A stretch of DNA of 62,489 nt, the filler included, from Asterionella formosa (Eukaryota), in assembly GCA_002256025.1 (NCBI GenBank). It is 15 parts of 15 records of this genome, joined end to end, with 100 filler letters (N's around TTAATTAATTAA, not from the genome) between each part and the next. Parts side by side here need not be neighbours in the genome. Positions count along the whole stretch, not along the records: positions 50,093 to 54,159 come from NKIB01013741.1; positions 54,260 to 58,325 come from NKIB01013742.1; positions 58,426 to 62,489 come from NKIB01013743.1; 12 more parts are not named here. One strand, 5' to 3'. This document shows, one piece after another, positions 49,993 through 61,400 of the stretch. A program made the position numbers and the translations under genes. The notes below the pieces were generated by a model. It saw only the letters and a list, made by a program, of their open reading frames with translations, had not been told where the DNA came from and made no database searches. The number at the start of each line of letters is the position of its first letter. Position 1 is the stretch's first letter.

Positions 49993-50732
49993 NNNNNNNN
50001 NNNNNNNNNNNNNNNNNNNNNNNNNNNNNNNNNNNNTTAATTAATTAANNNNNNNNNNNNNNNNNNNNNNNNNNNNNNNNNNNNNNNNNNNNTAGACATC
50101 CCTTACCGTACCAGCTACCAGGGTACGATTAATTAACATGCCGGTATTTTATTCTTGTATGAAAGGCCGACAGGATGGTGACATTTACATACCGAAATAT
50201 TTATTACAAATAATTTTAGTCTTCTTTCAGACATACCGGTATCAGAATACCCGTATATTCATTCACACATATAGGTTGGCAAAAGATCACATCCATTCTT
50301 ATGACAGCTACCCGAAAGCAAGGCCGGAGCAATCGTGGATTTCAACACAATACCAGGTACTGGATGGTACCAGCTTTAGAATTAGTAATAGCTACTAGCA
50401 ACTACCGGTATTTAAAAGTCAGGAGTACCGGGTATGTTCGGGTAAAATACATAACATCTGATTAAAATTAACCGTCACTGTCCTGTACATCTTTATGCAG
50501 CTTTACTCAAGAATATTATAATTTAAATACATATAAATAACCTTAAGACTATATAATACAGCGATCGAAATACGGTACGGTAACGTCATGGAAAATAAAT
50601 CAAGACAGGCAGTTACTTCTGGTTTCCATTTGACACAAGAAGACACCATCATTCTCCTTCCGTGACCTCCACTGTGCCTTCTCCACGCTTTCCCTGCAAG
50701 ACCACCGAGCAGTCTTCACACAAAACACCATC

Positions 50733-52045
50733 ATGCCCGTGTCCATTGGGTTCATGCCTCTGCTTCGCTTCGCTCTCGTTGCCTTGGCGGTACGACTGAG
50801 TTCAGTGACAGCCATGGTCTCTGTGCAGACCAGCCAGTTCTCGGCGGAGCTCTTGTCCATGCCAGCCGTATTTGGCATGAGATGGCAGCCTGGCATAGAA
50901 TATTACGCGCATTTGCAGTTTCTGCCAGATCACATTTTCCTTTGCAACAACGAAGACATTACTAGTTTGTCATCGGACGCGAACGGGAGGCTTCTGTCGC
51001 ACCGCAACAACCAGACCACTCATCCCACCTCCGATGGATTGCCCGTGGTACTCCTAGTCTCGAGAGGAGGGTGCAGTTTTGAAGAGAAAGCAAGGAATGC
51101 CATGAAGATAGATCTTGTCAAGTATCTCATTGTCTGCGACGATCGCGTCAGACCTAGTCCCTTCACCAAGTTGGTGCCCATGAGCGCGACGAACCCAACA
51201 AATGTTGACGTGGGAATGTTGTTTGTTTCGTACACTTCAGGAATGAGTGAGTATAGTTTAATTGAAATTACGGTAATGACACTGGAATGAGAGTGGAAAA
51301 GGAACAATAATACTCTCCTACTGGGCACTTTCTCTCATCTGCGCGCACTGTCTCTCTCCTCACAGAACTCATTACTATGATTCACGATCAATTTCAGAAC
51401 GTGACAGACGCTGGAGGCTTGGTCATCAAGATGGACTCAGTTGCCCCTAATTTACCATACGGACCGTCAGAGGGACAGCAGTGGGTACTTGCAGCAATGG
51501 CTGGATTCTTTACATTTTTGGCATGCTTTGCTTGTTTGCTCATGTGCGTCCACGCAGGGATTCTCCCGTCGGACAGGAATCACGGCACCTTTGGAAGGTT
51601 AGCCCGCACAGGGTCTATCCTACTTTCAGAGGAACAGGTTACTGCATTGCCTCTACAGGAATACAAGGCAAATATTGAAGCTGGTAATCAAACTTCATGT
51701 GCTATATGTCTTGAAGAATATGAACAAGGGGAGAAGTTGAGGCAATTGGCTTGTGGCCATTGCTTCCACCATGATTGCATCAAGCCTTGGTTGACAGAAC
51801 GTAGTGCTAGTTGCCCGTTGTGCAAGCTTGAAGTTACGGTACATGGATTGTCCGGAAATGTCGGAGCATCTTTCACAGCAATAAATCCGTGGTGGTGGCG
51901 AAGGTCGAATTGGACGTACAGAAGCATTTTGCCCTTGTCTTTTGACAATGAAATACCTAACAATCCTGCTGCAATATTGGAGACAGTGCAACCTGATGCG
52001 ACCACGCCATTGCCCTCGCAATCAGGAGGACAACGGTTACAGTAG
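50733..52045 (+). CDS. PA-TM-RING-H2 E3 ligase (RNF13/RMR-like); join(50733..51246,51366..52045)
   Basis: Signal peptide, MPAVFG, LVSRGGCSFEEKARNA, TM, CAICLEEY..GEKLRQLACGHCFHHDCIKPWL...SASCPLCK; GTGAGT..CACAG intron. Confidence 0.92.
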
Positions 52046-52186
52046 CCTGTTGCTTTCTAGATGATTTCATTTCGCACGAACATGGTGATTCTCCAAAGGA
52101 CAACGTTTGTAAAAGTAACTGAGATGTTGTATAATAAAATATAGTCGGATATTCGCATAAACTAAAATATTCCACTAAATATTCCT

Positions 52187-53614
52187 TTATCGCTTCGCAT
52201 GCGCTACACTGACTCCATTAAATAATCTGTTCGCCTTCTTGTCCATTTTGTTGATGGGCAACAATTGTCTGTCTTGAAATCGCTTTCCCCTGGCCTCATC
52301 CCGAGCTGCCTTGGCCACAACAGCCTTGTACCTGTAAAGCGAAAGTGCACTATAACCCCCTCCAGCTGCCTTGACCAAGACTCCAGCACCAGATCGTCCT
52401 TGCGCGGTCCCAGGAGTAATTCCAGCCCGGAGAAGGACCAAAGAGTTCTCGTGCTTGACTTCTTCTGTACCAGTTTGGTAGACGCGACCGCGGTAGAGCC
52501 GTTCTCCAGCTGCCCGTCGTGCAGCGGCAACAGCAGGGTCTTCATGGTCGGGACGGAAACGCTGTCTGTAGTATCGACTAAGGGTACGGTGACCGATAAT
52601 CCGTCCGTCCGGCAAAATGAGCTCACCAAGAGGAGTGACGTCAAATCCATATTTTGCAATCTCTTCTTGGTATCCATCATACAAGCCATCGTATAAGCCA
52701 TCATCGTCAATCTCTTTCCTTTCTTCCATCTCCTCGTCGTCACTAACATCTTCCCATTCCCCCTCGTCGTCACCATCATCACTACCTTTTTCTTCCACAT
52801 TGTCCATTTCAGTATTTTCCACGGCGGCGTCCTTGCTATATTTTGCCAAGAATTCAGCATCGGCTTCCGAAAAGTCATAGAATGGATCAAATTCCTCCAT
52901 ATCAATCCCACGTTCGTATCTCAGCTTGGTGTGTCTTGTGCTAATCATATGCTTTTGACATCCCTGCCAAGTGGTAAAAGTTTTGTGGCAACAGAGACAA
53001 ACATGACCCAACTTGATCTTTTCGTGACAGTAGCCCACCAGACCTTCCTTGTCAATCAAGTACTCTTGATCCGGAATGAAGAATCCATATTTGCGGTGCA
53101 TGCGCTCCACGTTGGCTTCGATGCTGGCTGAGATGTGCTTATCAAAGAGGCATTGGTAAGGATTTATTTCTGGCGCCTCTTCTTCCACCTCCACCTCTGT
53201 CGCCTCCTCCGTCGTCTCTGCGGCTTCGTCAAGAACCATGCGCTCGCCCTCCTCCTTTGGTTCGCCTGTTGCAGTCTTCATATTCTCATAGGCAGCGACT
53301 TGAGAGACAGCCGTGGCTCCTCCGAGTTTGGATCCCCCCTGATGCTTCTTCTTACTTTCTTTTTGTTTGTTTTTCAAATGATTCGTTCCAGTTCGCTCGT
53401 CTCTACCTTGTCGTTCCTGGCGAAGCGCCAGAGCAGTTTCGAGGCGCATTTGAAATTCTTCTTCCTTCAAGAGTGCCAATCCTGCTTCCCGACGTTTGAG
53501 ATTGTACTTGTGCCAATCCGATTTGTAATGATTCGCAATGTCGGCCCGCGACGCAAACACCTTCCCAGGTGCTGTCGTTGACGTGAGGCCGTCTGATGGA
53601 CACGATGTTGCCAT
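52187..53614 (-). CDS. ZNF622: Pre-60S maturation factor Rei1/ZNF622
   Basis: HYKSDWHKYNLKRR, CLFD, HMH-like RMHRKYGFFIPDQEYL.D.EGL, CLCC...CQKHM...H, ELILPDGRIIGHR.L.RYYRQ. Confidence 0.93.
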   Translation of the reverse strand: MATSCPSDGLTSTTAPGKVFASRADIANHYKSDWHKYNLKRREAGLALLKEEEFQMRLETALALRQERQGRDERTGTNHLKNKQKESKKKHQGGSKLGGATAVSQVAAYENMKTATGEPKEEGERMVLDEAAETTEEATEVEVEEEAPEINPYQCLFDKHISASIEANVERMHRKYGFFIPDQEYLIDKEGLVGYCHEKIKLGHVCLCCHKTFTTWQGCQKHMISTRHTKLRYERGIDMEEFDPFYDFSEADAEFLAKYSKDAAVENTEMDNVEEKGSDDGDDEGEWEDVSDDEEMEERKEIDDDGLYDGLYDGYQEEIAKYGFDVTPLGELILPDGRIIGHRTLSRYYRQRFRPDHEDPAVAAARRAAGERLYRGRVYQTGTEEVKHENSLVLLRAGITPGTAQGRSGAGVLVKAAGGGYSALSLYRYKAVVAKAARDEARGKRFQDRQLLPINKMDKKANRLFNGVSVAHAKR

Positions 53615-55717
53615 GTTTACAAAGGACAAAGAAACAAGATCAAACTTTCCTTGTGTCAAAGCGGATGATGTGGATTATTTGCCAAGCCTCTCTCTGTTGA
53701 CACTTTCACGGGGAACAAAACTGAGCTCGTATTGATAATCAACAAAATAGAGACTATAACAAGGCAATGTAATTGATTCGGTGTGGCAGATGATGAAGGG
53801 AATAATTAAACAAACGAGCTATATATATAGATGTATGTATAGATTTAGATTTGCAGTGAGCAAAGGATGAAGCAAGCAAGCAATGCGAACAAAGTGCCAT
53901 TCATCGTCATATACTGGGAACATATTCTGTGAAAATTGGAATACGACACCCCCGCCAGGATAAAACAAAAAAGAAAAACACAACGATTCTATATATTGGT
54001 CATGATTAAAATATGTGGTGGTGGCCGCGACACAATTGACTCAGTTCTGCCTGTCCGTCGCCACGGCAGTCCCACACGAGGTCGTGCTATCAAAATAGTT
54101 TATTACTAGAGTTTGAGCGAACATGATCGATTCCCGAAACAACTTGATCATGTTTTTTTNNNNNNNNNNNNNNNNNNNNNNNNNNNNNNNNNNNNNNNNN
54201 NNNTTAATTAATTAANNNNNNNNNNNNNNNNNNNNNNNNNNNNNNNNNNNNNNNNNNNNATGGTTATTAAGAATCACTGGGGACTCACAAAGATCATAAT
54301 GGGAAGGTTCCCATCACATACTAGGTGTCAAGAGTACTAGTAGGAATTTCTTGAAGCAGTCTGGGTCCGTGAGCTCTATACTTAGTAATAGAATTTAGCC
54401 TAGAATTTTTGTTGTTTAATCTACAGGTAGTACATATGCAACAATAGTTATGACTTAGTCATATTTAGGTTGTTTGCACTTGAATCATGTGTTCCCTCCG
54501 CCTCTGTTCTGGTATAGTTGCAATGTGCTCGTCAGCAACTAATCCAGTTCGATCCAAGTACTTTCAAGAACCCCGCTGTAGAAGCAATATGCATTTTCTA
54601 CACGAAAAGATGCAGGCGACAGGGCCTCAATTAGATTTGTATATTTTGGCGAGTAAAACGCGAAATAGCAATACATGTGGATCACTTAGGGCTACGGATT
54701 TTTGTTGGCCAGCTTATTTACTTGTTTTGGCCTGTGCCCTATCGACCATTAATACCAAAGAGAAATGGCTACTAAATAAGTTAACGAGCACGCGTTTCTG
54801 GACAAGAAAAAATTTTGTTCTATAGACGTCAAAATACTATAGTTTCAGTTTTGTGCACGCCTGGCTGGATTTATGACATGCTGGCCATCTGCCCATGTCG
54901 ACAGTCTCATCAGCCTCGCTTTTGAGGTTGCGAAGCAAGCAATCAATAAAGTATTGTAGCTGTTCTGGTGTTAAATCCCTTATCAACTGACTGTTGGTTA
55001 GCGAAGGCAGGGTCAACAAAAAGGGGGTCTGGAGCATTACGAGAAATGCGCAAAAAAATCGAGGTCAGTCCCCTATTTCGTCTAGAATGCGTGGGAAATA
55101 TTTTTACCATTCAATTTGGAATAAATTTTTATTATGAAGGGCTGTTAGCCTGAGAATGGTTGGAACTTTTGCTTCATGAAAGCTCACATTATCAAAGTTG
55201 GTAGATTCTATACCAGAACAGAGGTAGTATGTACTAGTTATGAATTGCATGCAAACCTGGAGATTTCTGGAATAAGGAATCTTGACACTCAGAACTACAA
55301 TTGGGGGGGAACCCCATCCCCCCCCCATTGTAGAAAGGTTCCTCAGGATATCGTTTTTCAGATCATTTTTCTTTGAACTTGATTTTGATTTATGTATTGA
55401 AATTAATTGGGCAGGCACAGATTTTAAAGATATTCCTAATGTTGTTCTAATTTTACCATTGAAGTTGAATTTGAGTGTCTGTCTGGCACCACATTGTACT
55501 GCAAGTAAAATGCAGAAAGTTGAAGCAACAACAGGCAGGCCACATCGTCCCCCATCACAAGCAAAGTAGACTATGAAGGTAAGCACACAACTACAAGAAC
55601 AAAGACATTAAGGAAGGAGCCTAAGGTGCAAATGCTTCCTATGAATACGAGTTCAAATCTCAAATGTGTACTTTGTTGTCCATCGAAAAGGGCGGGATAT
55701 AGTTAAGCAAATCACCG

Positions 55718-57910
55718 TTATAAAAACTCAGAAAACTGGTGTTCGAGATGTTTGCATAAAGCCTCCCTGTTACCGTCTGGATGCGCGGTCATCCAGTCCT
55801 CTTGCTCATCCATCACTTCTCTGAAGACTGGCCCGCGTGGAAGTTTTGGTAAAATATTCTTCTTGATTTCCTCACCGTCCAGCAACGGTTTTCTGTCCCA
55901 AATACCTATTAGGCCAAGTTTCTGAAGAGCACAAGCAAAAACATCATATCTGTCGACCACTCCTTGATGAAGCTCCTCTTGACTTTCACTGTAGAAGTCC
56001 CCTTCGATCGCATAATCTGCCAGTGTCTCGCAAGATTGAAGCTGCTCACACAGCGAGAGGACAAGTGCTGGGCGCCAAAGCGAACCTATTCGCTGCAGCA
56101 CTTTGGATGTCAGAAGGCGGAACTCCATCGCGTGTTCCCACAATGGGTCGTCTTCTGACTCGCAATTGACAAGTTTACCTTGCATCTTGCATATCAATTG
56201 CTGGCTTAACGCATCGTGATTTGCATCCTTTGTGTGACACACTTCTATCCCTGATAAAAGAATAGATTGGGCGGACAGGTCGCACCCACTGTTGAGAAGT
56301 TGGGTAAAGTCATCTGCTGCCTTCATAATTTTGCAAACAGACTCAGCGTCACGAGTTGGTCGTTTTAAAGCCTCCACGAGAAGCTTCGAAACTAGAGATC
56401 GATTCGCTTTCTTTCCCTTATTGGGACTGCTCATATTTTCATCAAAAAGTTTCGCATTATCCATGAGCGGCTTCAAGAATGCGGAATACCATAACAGTCG
56501 CCTCGATTCTTCATTATTTAAAAGAGTGTCTTCCTCAAAGCCATGGGTCGTGCGAGCTAACTTGGACTCACACCAAATGGGCGGGTCAACCTTGCAATCA
56601 CACAAATGATCATGGGTCGTGGATATTAGATCAAGTCCCTTAGTGAACAATGAGCGTTCAGCTGGACTTTTGTTGGGTAAAACATTGCCGACGGCAAACA
56701 CAGTCTCGACCAAATTGAGATTTATAAGAAGTCGCATAGCTCCGACAGGGTCAGGCGATCTGAGCATCAAATCCACTTCTCCTCCAACTCGTTCTCGCGA
56801 AACCTTTTGGGCCAATGCGTCGCGCACTCGGTCATCCATGGCAGCCTTGACAAGCGCTTCATCCATAGTAAATCGCAAGCGCGACGCAAAACGTACTGAT
56901 CTCAAAACACGCAAGGGATCATCCATGAAGGTGGTCAGCGGAGCCAATGGCGTTGATATGACACCTCGTCGAAGGTCATGGAACCCTCGTCCCGTGAAAT
57001 CTTCTACTTGATGAGTATTGATATTGTAGAAAAGTGCGTTAATGGTGAGATCTCTTCGATATGCATCTTCAGCCGCAGTGCCAATTCTCATGAGATCGGG
57101 AATACGGCTATCTTGCGTATACTCTTCTGCGCGCAAGTTGACAAAATCAATCCAGAAACTTCCAACCTTCATTGTAGCTGTTTCCAAGTGCTTAGATTTT
57201 TCTGGGTTCTTCAGCACAACCCCGACAGAGACAGTCTTTTGACCCTGCCTAGTGAGATAATCATTGAGATGGTCGGCAAACTCTCTTCCAAGCATATCAT
57301 CCAATGCAATATCAATGTCCACTGGTTGGTTAATGTCTTCAACGACTACTTTGGTGCCCTGGCGCCCCATGGATGCTTGTGTTGATTTCTTGAACTTGGA
57401 CGTCAGCCGCTGTTCAGCTGTGGAAAGATTCCTCTGAAACTCCGGTGATGCCAAGAGCTTGTCTCGGACCCATCCACCGGCCACCCGAAGCGTTGATTTG
57501 AGTCCTGTCTTGCCTGTAACTTGTCGTAGTAGTTCAAATAGTTCTGCTTCATCCTCTGTCAGGTTTATTCGAGGGCCAGTCGACTTGTTTACGTTGATTG
57601 AATCGTCATTGTTCCCATCCGATGAATCGTGTCCTTTTAGTGGCATGGATCCTATCAAGGTAGATGTTCCAATAATGTCAGAGCTACAAGAAAAGAATCT
57701 GAGTTCTCTGGAATCTGTTGCCATCATGGAAGGCATCAGCATTCTTCGTCTGGACAAGGCTCTTTGTGCCACTGAAAGCCTTGCAGATGGGATTGGTAAA
57801 AGACCACGAACCAAGGCACCATTGCCAGTAAAGAGGACGGAAGCCAGCATGATTCTACCACTCAGTTGCTTTCTCTGATAGGTAGCGTCGATTCTTCGCC
57901 GCTGCGACAT
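55718..57910 (-). CDS. CCA1: Class II tRNA nucleotidyltransferase (CCA-adding-like) with N-terminal targeting extension; start 57910 or 57850
   Basis: LRVAGGWVRDKLL, DIDIALD, NPEKSKHLETA, DFVNLRAEEY, EDAYRRDLTINALFYN, DDPLRVLR..RF, KVSRERVG.E. Confidence 0.92.
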   Translation of the reverse strand: MSQRRRIDATYQRKQLSGRIMLASVLFTGNGALVRGLLPIPSARLSVAQRALSRRRMLMPSMMATDSRELRFFSCSSDIIGTSTLIGSMPLKGHDSSDGNNDDSINVNKSTGPRINLTEDEAELFELLRQVTGKTGLKSTLRVAGGWVRDKLLASPEFQRNLSTAEQRLTSKFKKSTQASMGRQGTKVVVEDINQPVDIDIALDDMLGREFADHLNDYLTRQGQKTVSVGVVLKNPEKSKHLETATMKVGSFWIDFVNLRAEEYTQDSRIPDLMRIGTAAEDAYRRDLTINALFYNINTHQVEDFTGRGFHDLRRGVISTPLAPLTTFMDDPLRVLRSVRFASRLRFTMDEALVKAAMDDRVRDALAQKVSRERVGGEVDLMLRSPDPVGAMRLLINLNLVETVFAVGNVLPNKSPAERSLFTKGLDLISTTHDHLCDCKVDPPIWCESKLARTTHGFEEDTLLNNEESRRLLWYSAFLKPLMDNAKLFDENMSSPNKGKKANRSLVSKLLVEALKRPTRDAESVCKIMKAADDFTQLLNSGCDLSAQSILLSGIEVCHTKDANHDALSQQLICKMQGKLVNCESEDDPLWEHAMEFRLLTSKVLQRIGSLWRPALVLSLCEQLQSCETLADYAIEGDFYSESQEELHQGVVDRYDVFACALQKLGLIGIWDRKPLLDGEEIKKNILPKLPRGPVFREVMDEQEDWMTAHPDGNREALCKHLEHQFSEFL

Positions 57911-58425
57911 GAGTATTTGTCTCGATAGCAATAGCAGCGCACAACTTGGAAGGTATTGATCGTTGCTGTTTGCAAGCAGTCCGGGTTCAGAGTTAATCTT
58001 TTGTCGTTGAAAGTAATTGTGGCACACGGAATGTACTCTTTGATTCCACAACGATGTCGTTGATTGAAAATGCTGCAGGCGTTTTTGTTGCAGTTGCTCG
58101 CGATGTTTCTACCTTTGAGCAGATTGTAGTCTGCAAATGCCTCGGTCCGAATGAAGTCAACACGATTATTACTCACAGTGCAGAAGAGGCCAAACTAAAA
58201 AGTAACTCCGTGCGATCTGTTCGCTTGCCGTATTTCTTACTCCACCATGAGAAATGGAGCTACAATTACTTCAATTATGCGTACGTTGTGATCGATGAGT
58301 ACGCCGTCAAAACGAATCCCCTGCANNNNNNNNNNNNNNNNNNNNNNNNNNNNNNNNNNNNNNNNNNNNTTAATTAATTAANNNNNNNNNNNNNNNNNNN
58401 NNNNNNNNNNNNNNNNNNNNNNNNN

Positions 58426-61400
58426 TGTTGTTATGAAAATCTCTGCAGGTCAATGAAGAAGCAAGTCATTTCAAGGACAAGAAGGAAGCCAGTGTGTGAT
58501 GCATTCATGTTGCAACTTCGTGCAATAATGCCTCTTCAAGAATGAATGATTTCTTCATTCAGAATGCATGGCTTATGTTTGTCTTGCATTGTCCTTACAG
58601 ACTTCTCATAATGCCTGCCTTCTCAAGACTGAAGATGCCATTCTGAAAGAACTGCTTTGTTTGATTGCATATCGAGATTTGCTTCCCATGTAATGTGAAA
58701 TACCGGTTGTTGAATTAGTAATCAACATTATTTGATAGTACTTTTAAAATACGTAAAAAAATTTAATAAATTACGTGAACCATATTATAGAATTACGTGA
58801 ACAAAAATTTAAGGCAATGTGAACTGAATTACAGAATTAATTGAAGTATTTCAAATAATTATGTGAAGTATTTCAAATAATTATGTGAAGGTGATCACGT
58901 AATATAGTGATGATCAGGAATGCATGCATGATACTCTGATCAAATAATTAACGTGATGTATTCAGATAATATATAGATATATTCAAGTAAGCATTTTGAT
59001 GTATTCAACTAATTCATGTGATCCATTCAAAATCAACTAGGCTTATTTACGTGATGGTCACTTCACGTAATACGCGGCTTAGATGGGTGATGATTGTTAC
59101 CACTACTGATTTGTCAATAACTTCATCAATATTGGAGAAATCAATACCTAAGAACGACTCATCTCATTGGAAGATAGTACCGAATAAGATGGTATTCCGT
59201 TGATTCACAATGGATCAATGCTACTCATCATTTACATGTCACAGCCGGGATTTTTTCACCTACACCCTACATGGTGATGATTATTACCACTACTGACTTG
59301 TCAATAACTTCATCAATATTGGAGCAATCCATAACACTATTCGAATTTGGTTATGATCAACCCAAACACAACCTCCAATTTACATGTCACAACCCGGATT
59401 TTTTAATCTATACCCTACATGGTGCTGATTGTTCCCAATTGTAACTTTGTGTATCATCTATCTCATTTCATATTTAAACATCTGCTAATGCTTTTGTGAT
59501 TTGTTCCTATTATATATTGATCTATCTCAATTCATATTTTAGCATCTACTAATCTTTTTGTTAATTGTCTATATCTTATATTGATCTATTGATTCGAAAG
59601 TGTTCACTTGGGGGTAACGTCTCAGGAGGTAATAATCTGCATTCACGATGGAACTGTGCGTCTAGAAAGAAGATCTGGACTAGATTCCGCTTTCTAGCAG
59701 CTGTTGTTATTGAATACCAATGTTCACTTGGGGGAGAGCTCTCCGTGTTGATACAAAGGTTGTCCAAATACTTTGCTGCTTTGTTCTTTAACCACAGCTG
59801 CTGAGCCGTGAGAGTTTCTCCAGTTGCACCTAAGAAATTTGTCCTTCCTCGCAGATAGATAGGGCATTCTGAACATAAGCGTTGGGCATAACCAATGCGA
59901 TATATTATCTTGTTTTTGACGTCATTCCATCGGTCAATCCAACCATCTGTTTTGGGCAACCGAATTGCTCGAGCCAAGGATGCCAAACTGTAGGAAACCA
60001 AACCTAATACTGTTGCAGTTGTCGGCTTAGACCTACCATGCAAGGATCGCATATCCAAGTCAAGCTTGGGAAGAGCATTCCATACAGGCGCTTCTCTATG
60101 CCACCTACAGGAATGTGTCATCATCGCTTTGGCGACGCCGGCTTTGAAAGGAAGCTGTAGGTCTGCGGCAGCGGACAGAAAGTTTAACTGCACCTGACAA
60201 ACAGGACACAGTGCAGGTTCAAACAACTGTTGTGTTGGTCCAACTGTGGCTTTTGATTCATGAGATAATACCGCTTCTGTTAATGTTTGAAGTTCATCCT
60301 GACACTGAGGCTGAAAGTTAGACATAGCACCCATTAACACACCCATCATCTGCGCCATATCAGATCGTATTGCTTTCAACTCTTCCCGCAGCACTGGAAC
60401 ACCCTCCTCCTCCTCCTCCTCCTCCTTCGATGGCGCAACTTTCAATGATCCAGAGTCTGCCTCAGCCGGATCAGGTCGAAATTTCCTTTTCTCTCCTGGT
60501 ATTTTTTTTAGCGACTCCGGTGTTTGGACCGGTCCATCACTCCTGAGGGCGCGTTGTATACGCGGCGTTTTAGTTATGAATGCACGCTTTTGAGGAATGG
60601 GATTGAATCGCCTTGCTGATAAGGCTGTCAAGGTAGTGGCCGCGTCAATGGCTGGTTTGGTAGTCATGTCAATTTGCGGTTTCTCATAACGATCCTCCTT
60701 ATCCAGATGCTTACCTTTTGTCTTACGATTCATTATGATGGGAGCTCGACAATGGATGTAACAAATTCACTAAAATGCGTACCACTGTTGGAACTTATTG
60801 CACCTGATGTGACCTTTTGAAAATATTTGGAGGTTGTGTTTGAGTTGATCATAACCAAATTCGAATAGTGTTGCCACAGGCAAACGACCATTTCTTGCCC
60901 TTAAATAAACACTTGCCCTTAAATAAACAATACAAGAAAGGATAAGGATACCTCCTATGTAAGGGTTTAGTAACAGGACGTACATTACAATAGCACGCCA
61001 TATAGGCAACAGATAACAGTATGATGGGAGAGGAATTGCACATCGAATATATTGGAGTAATATATATGTACATATAACCGCTTGCCATATATACATATTC
61101 AAACCAGATATATATAGACTCATAAAAAGCCAACACTTTTCGACTAAAGCAATATACCCACGCTTTAACCGCGAGCCATAAATATATTGATACCATTTAT
61201 AGTTAAAAACACGTTTTCCACTGAACAAATGTACCCACGCCTTAACTGCAAGCCATGTATATATATCCACACCATGTATATTATATAATCAGAAAGAGCA
61301 GCACTTTTTTACTGAAACGCACTACCGGTAGTGGCGCTATGGCTCTGTAACCGTAACCCTAACCCAAAATTACCTAAAGCTGTGTACCCACGTACAATCT

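Noticed and set aside
52204..52911. 235-aa alternate-frame ORF, and similar overlapping or antisense ORFs across the window
   Set aside because: Shadows of well-supported genes with no motifs of their own.
54260..55700. ORFs of 60-160 aa downstream of the CCA gene
   Set aside because: No recognisable domain or consistent exon structure.
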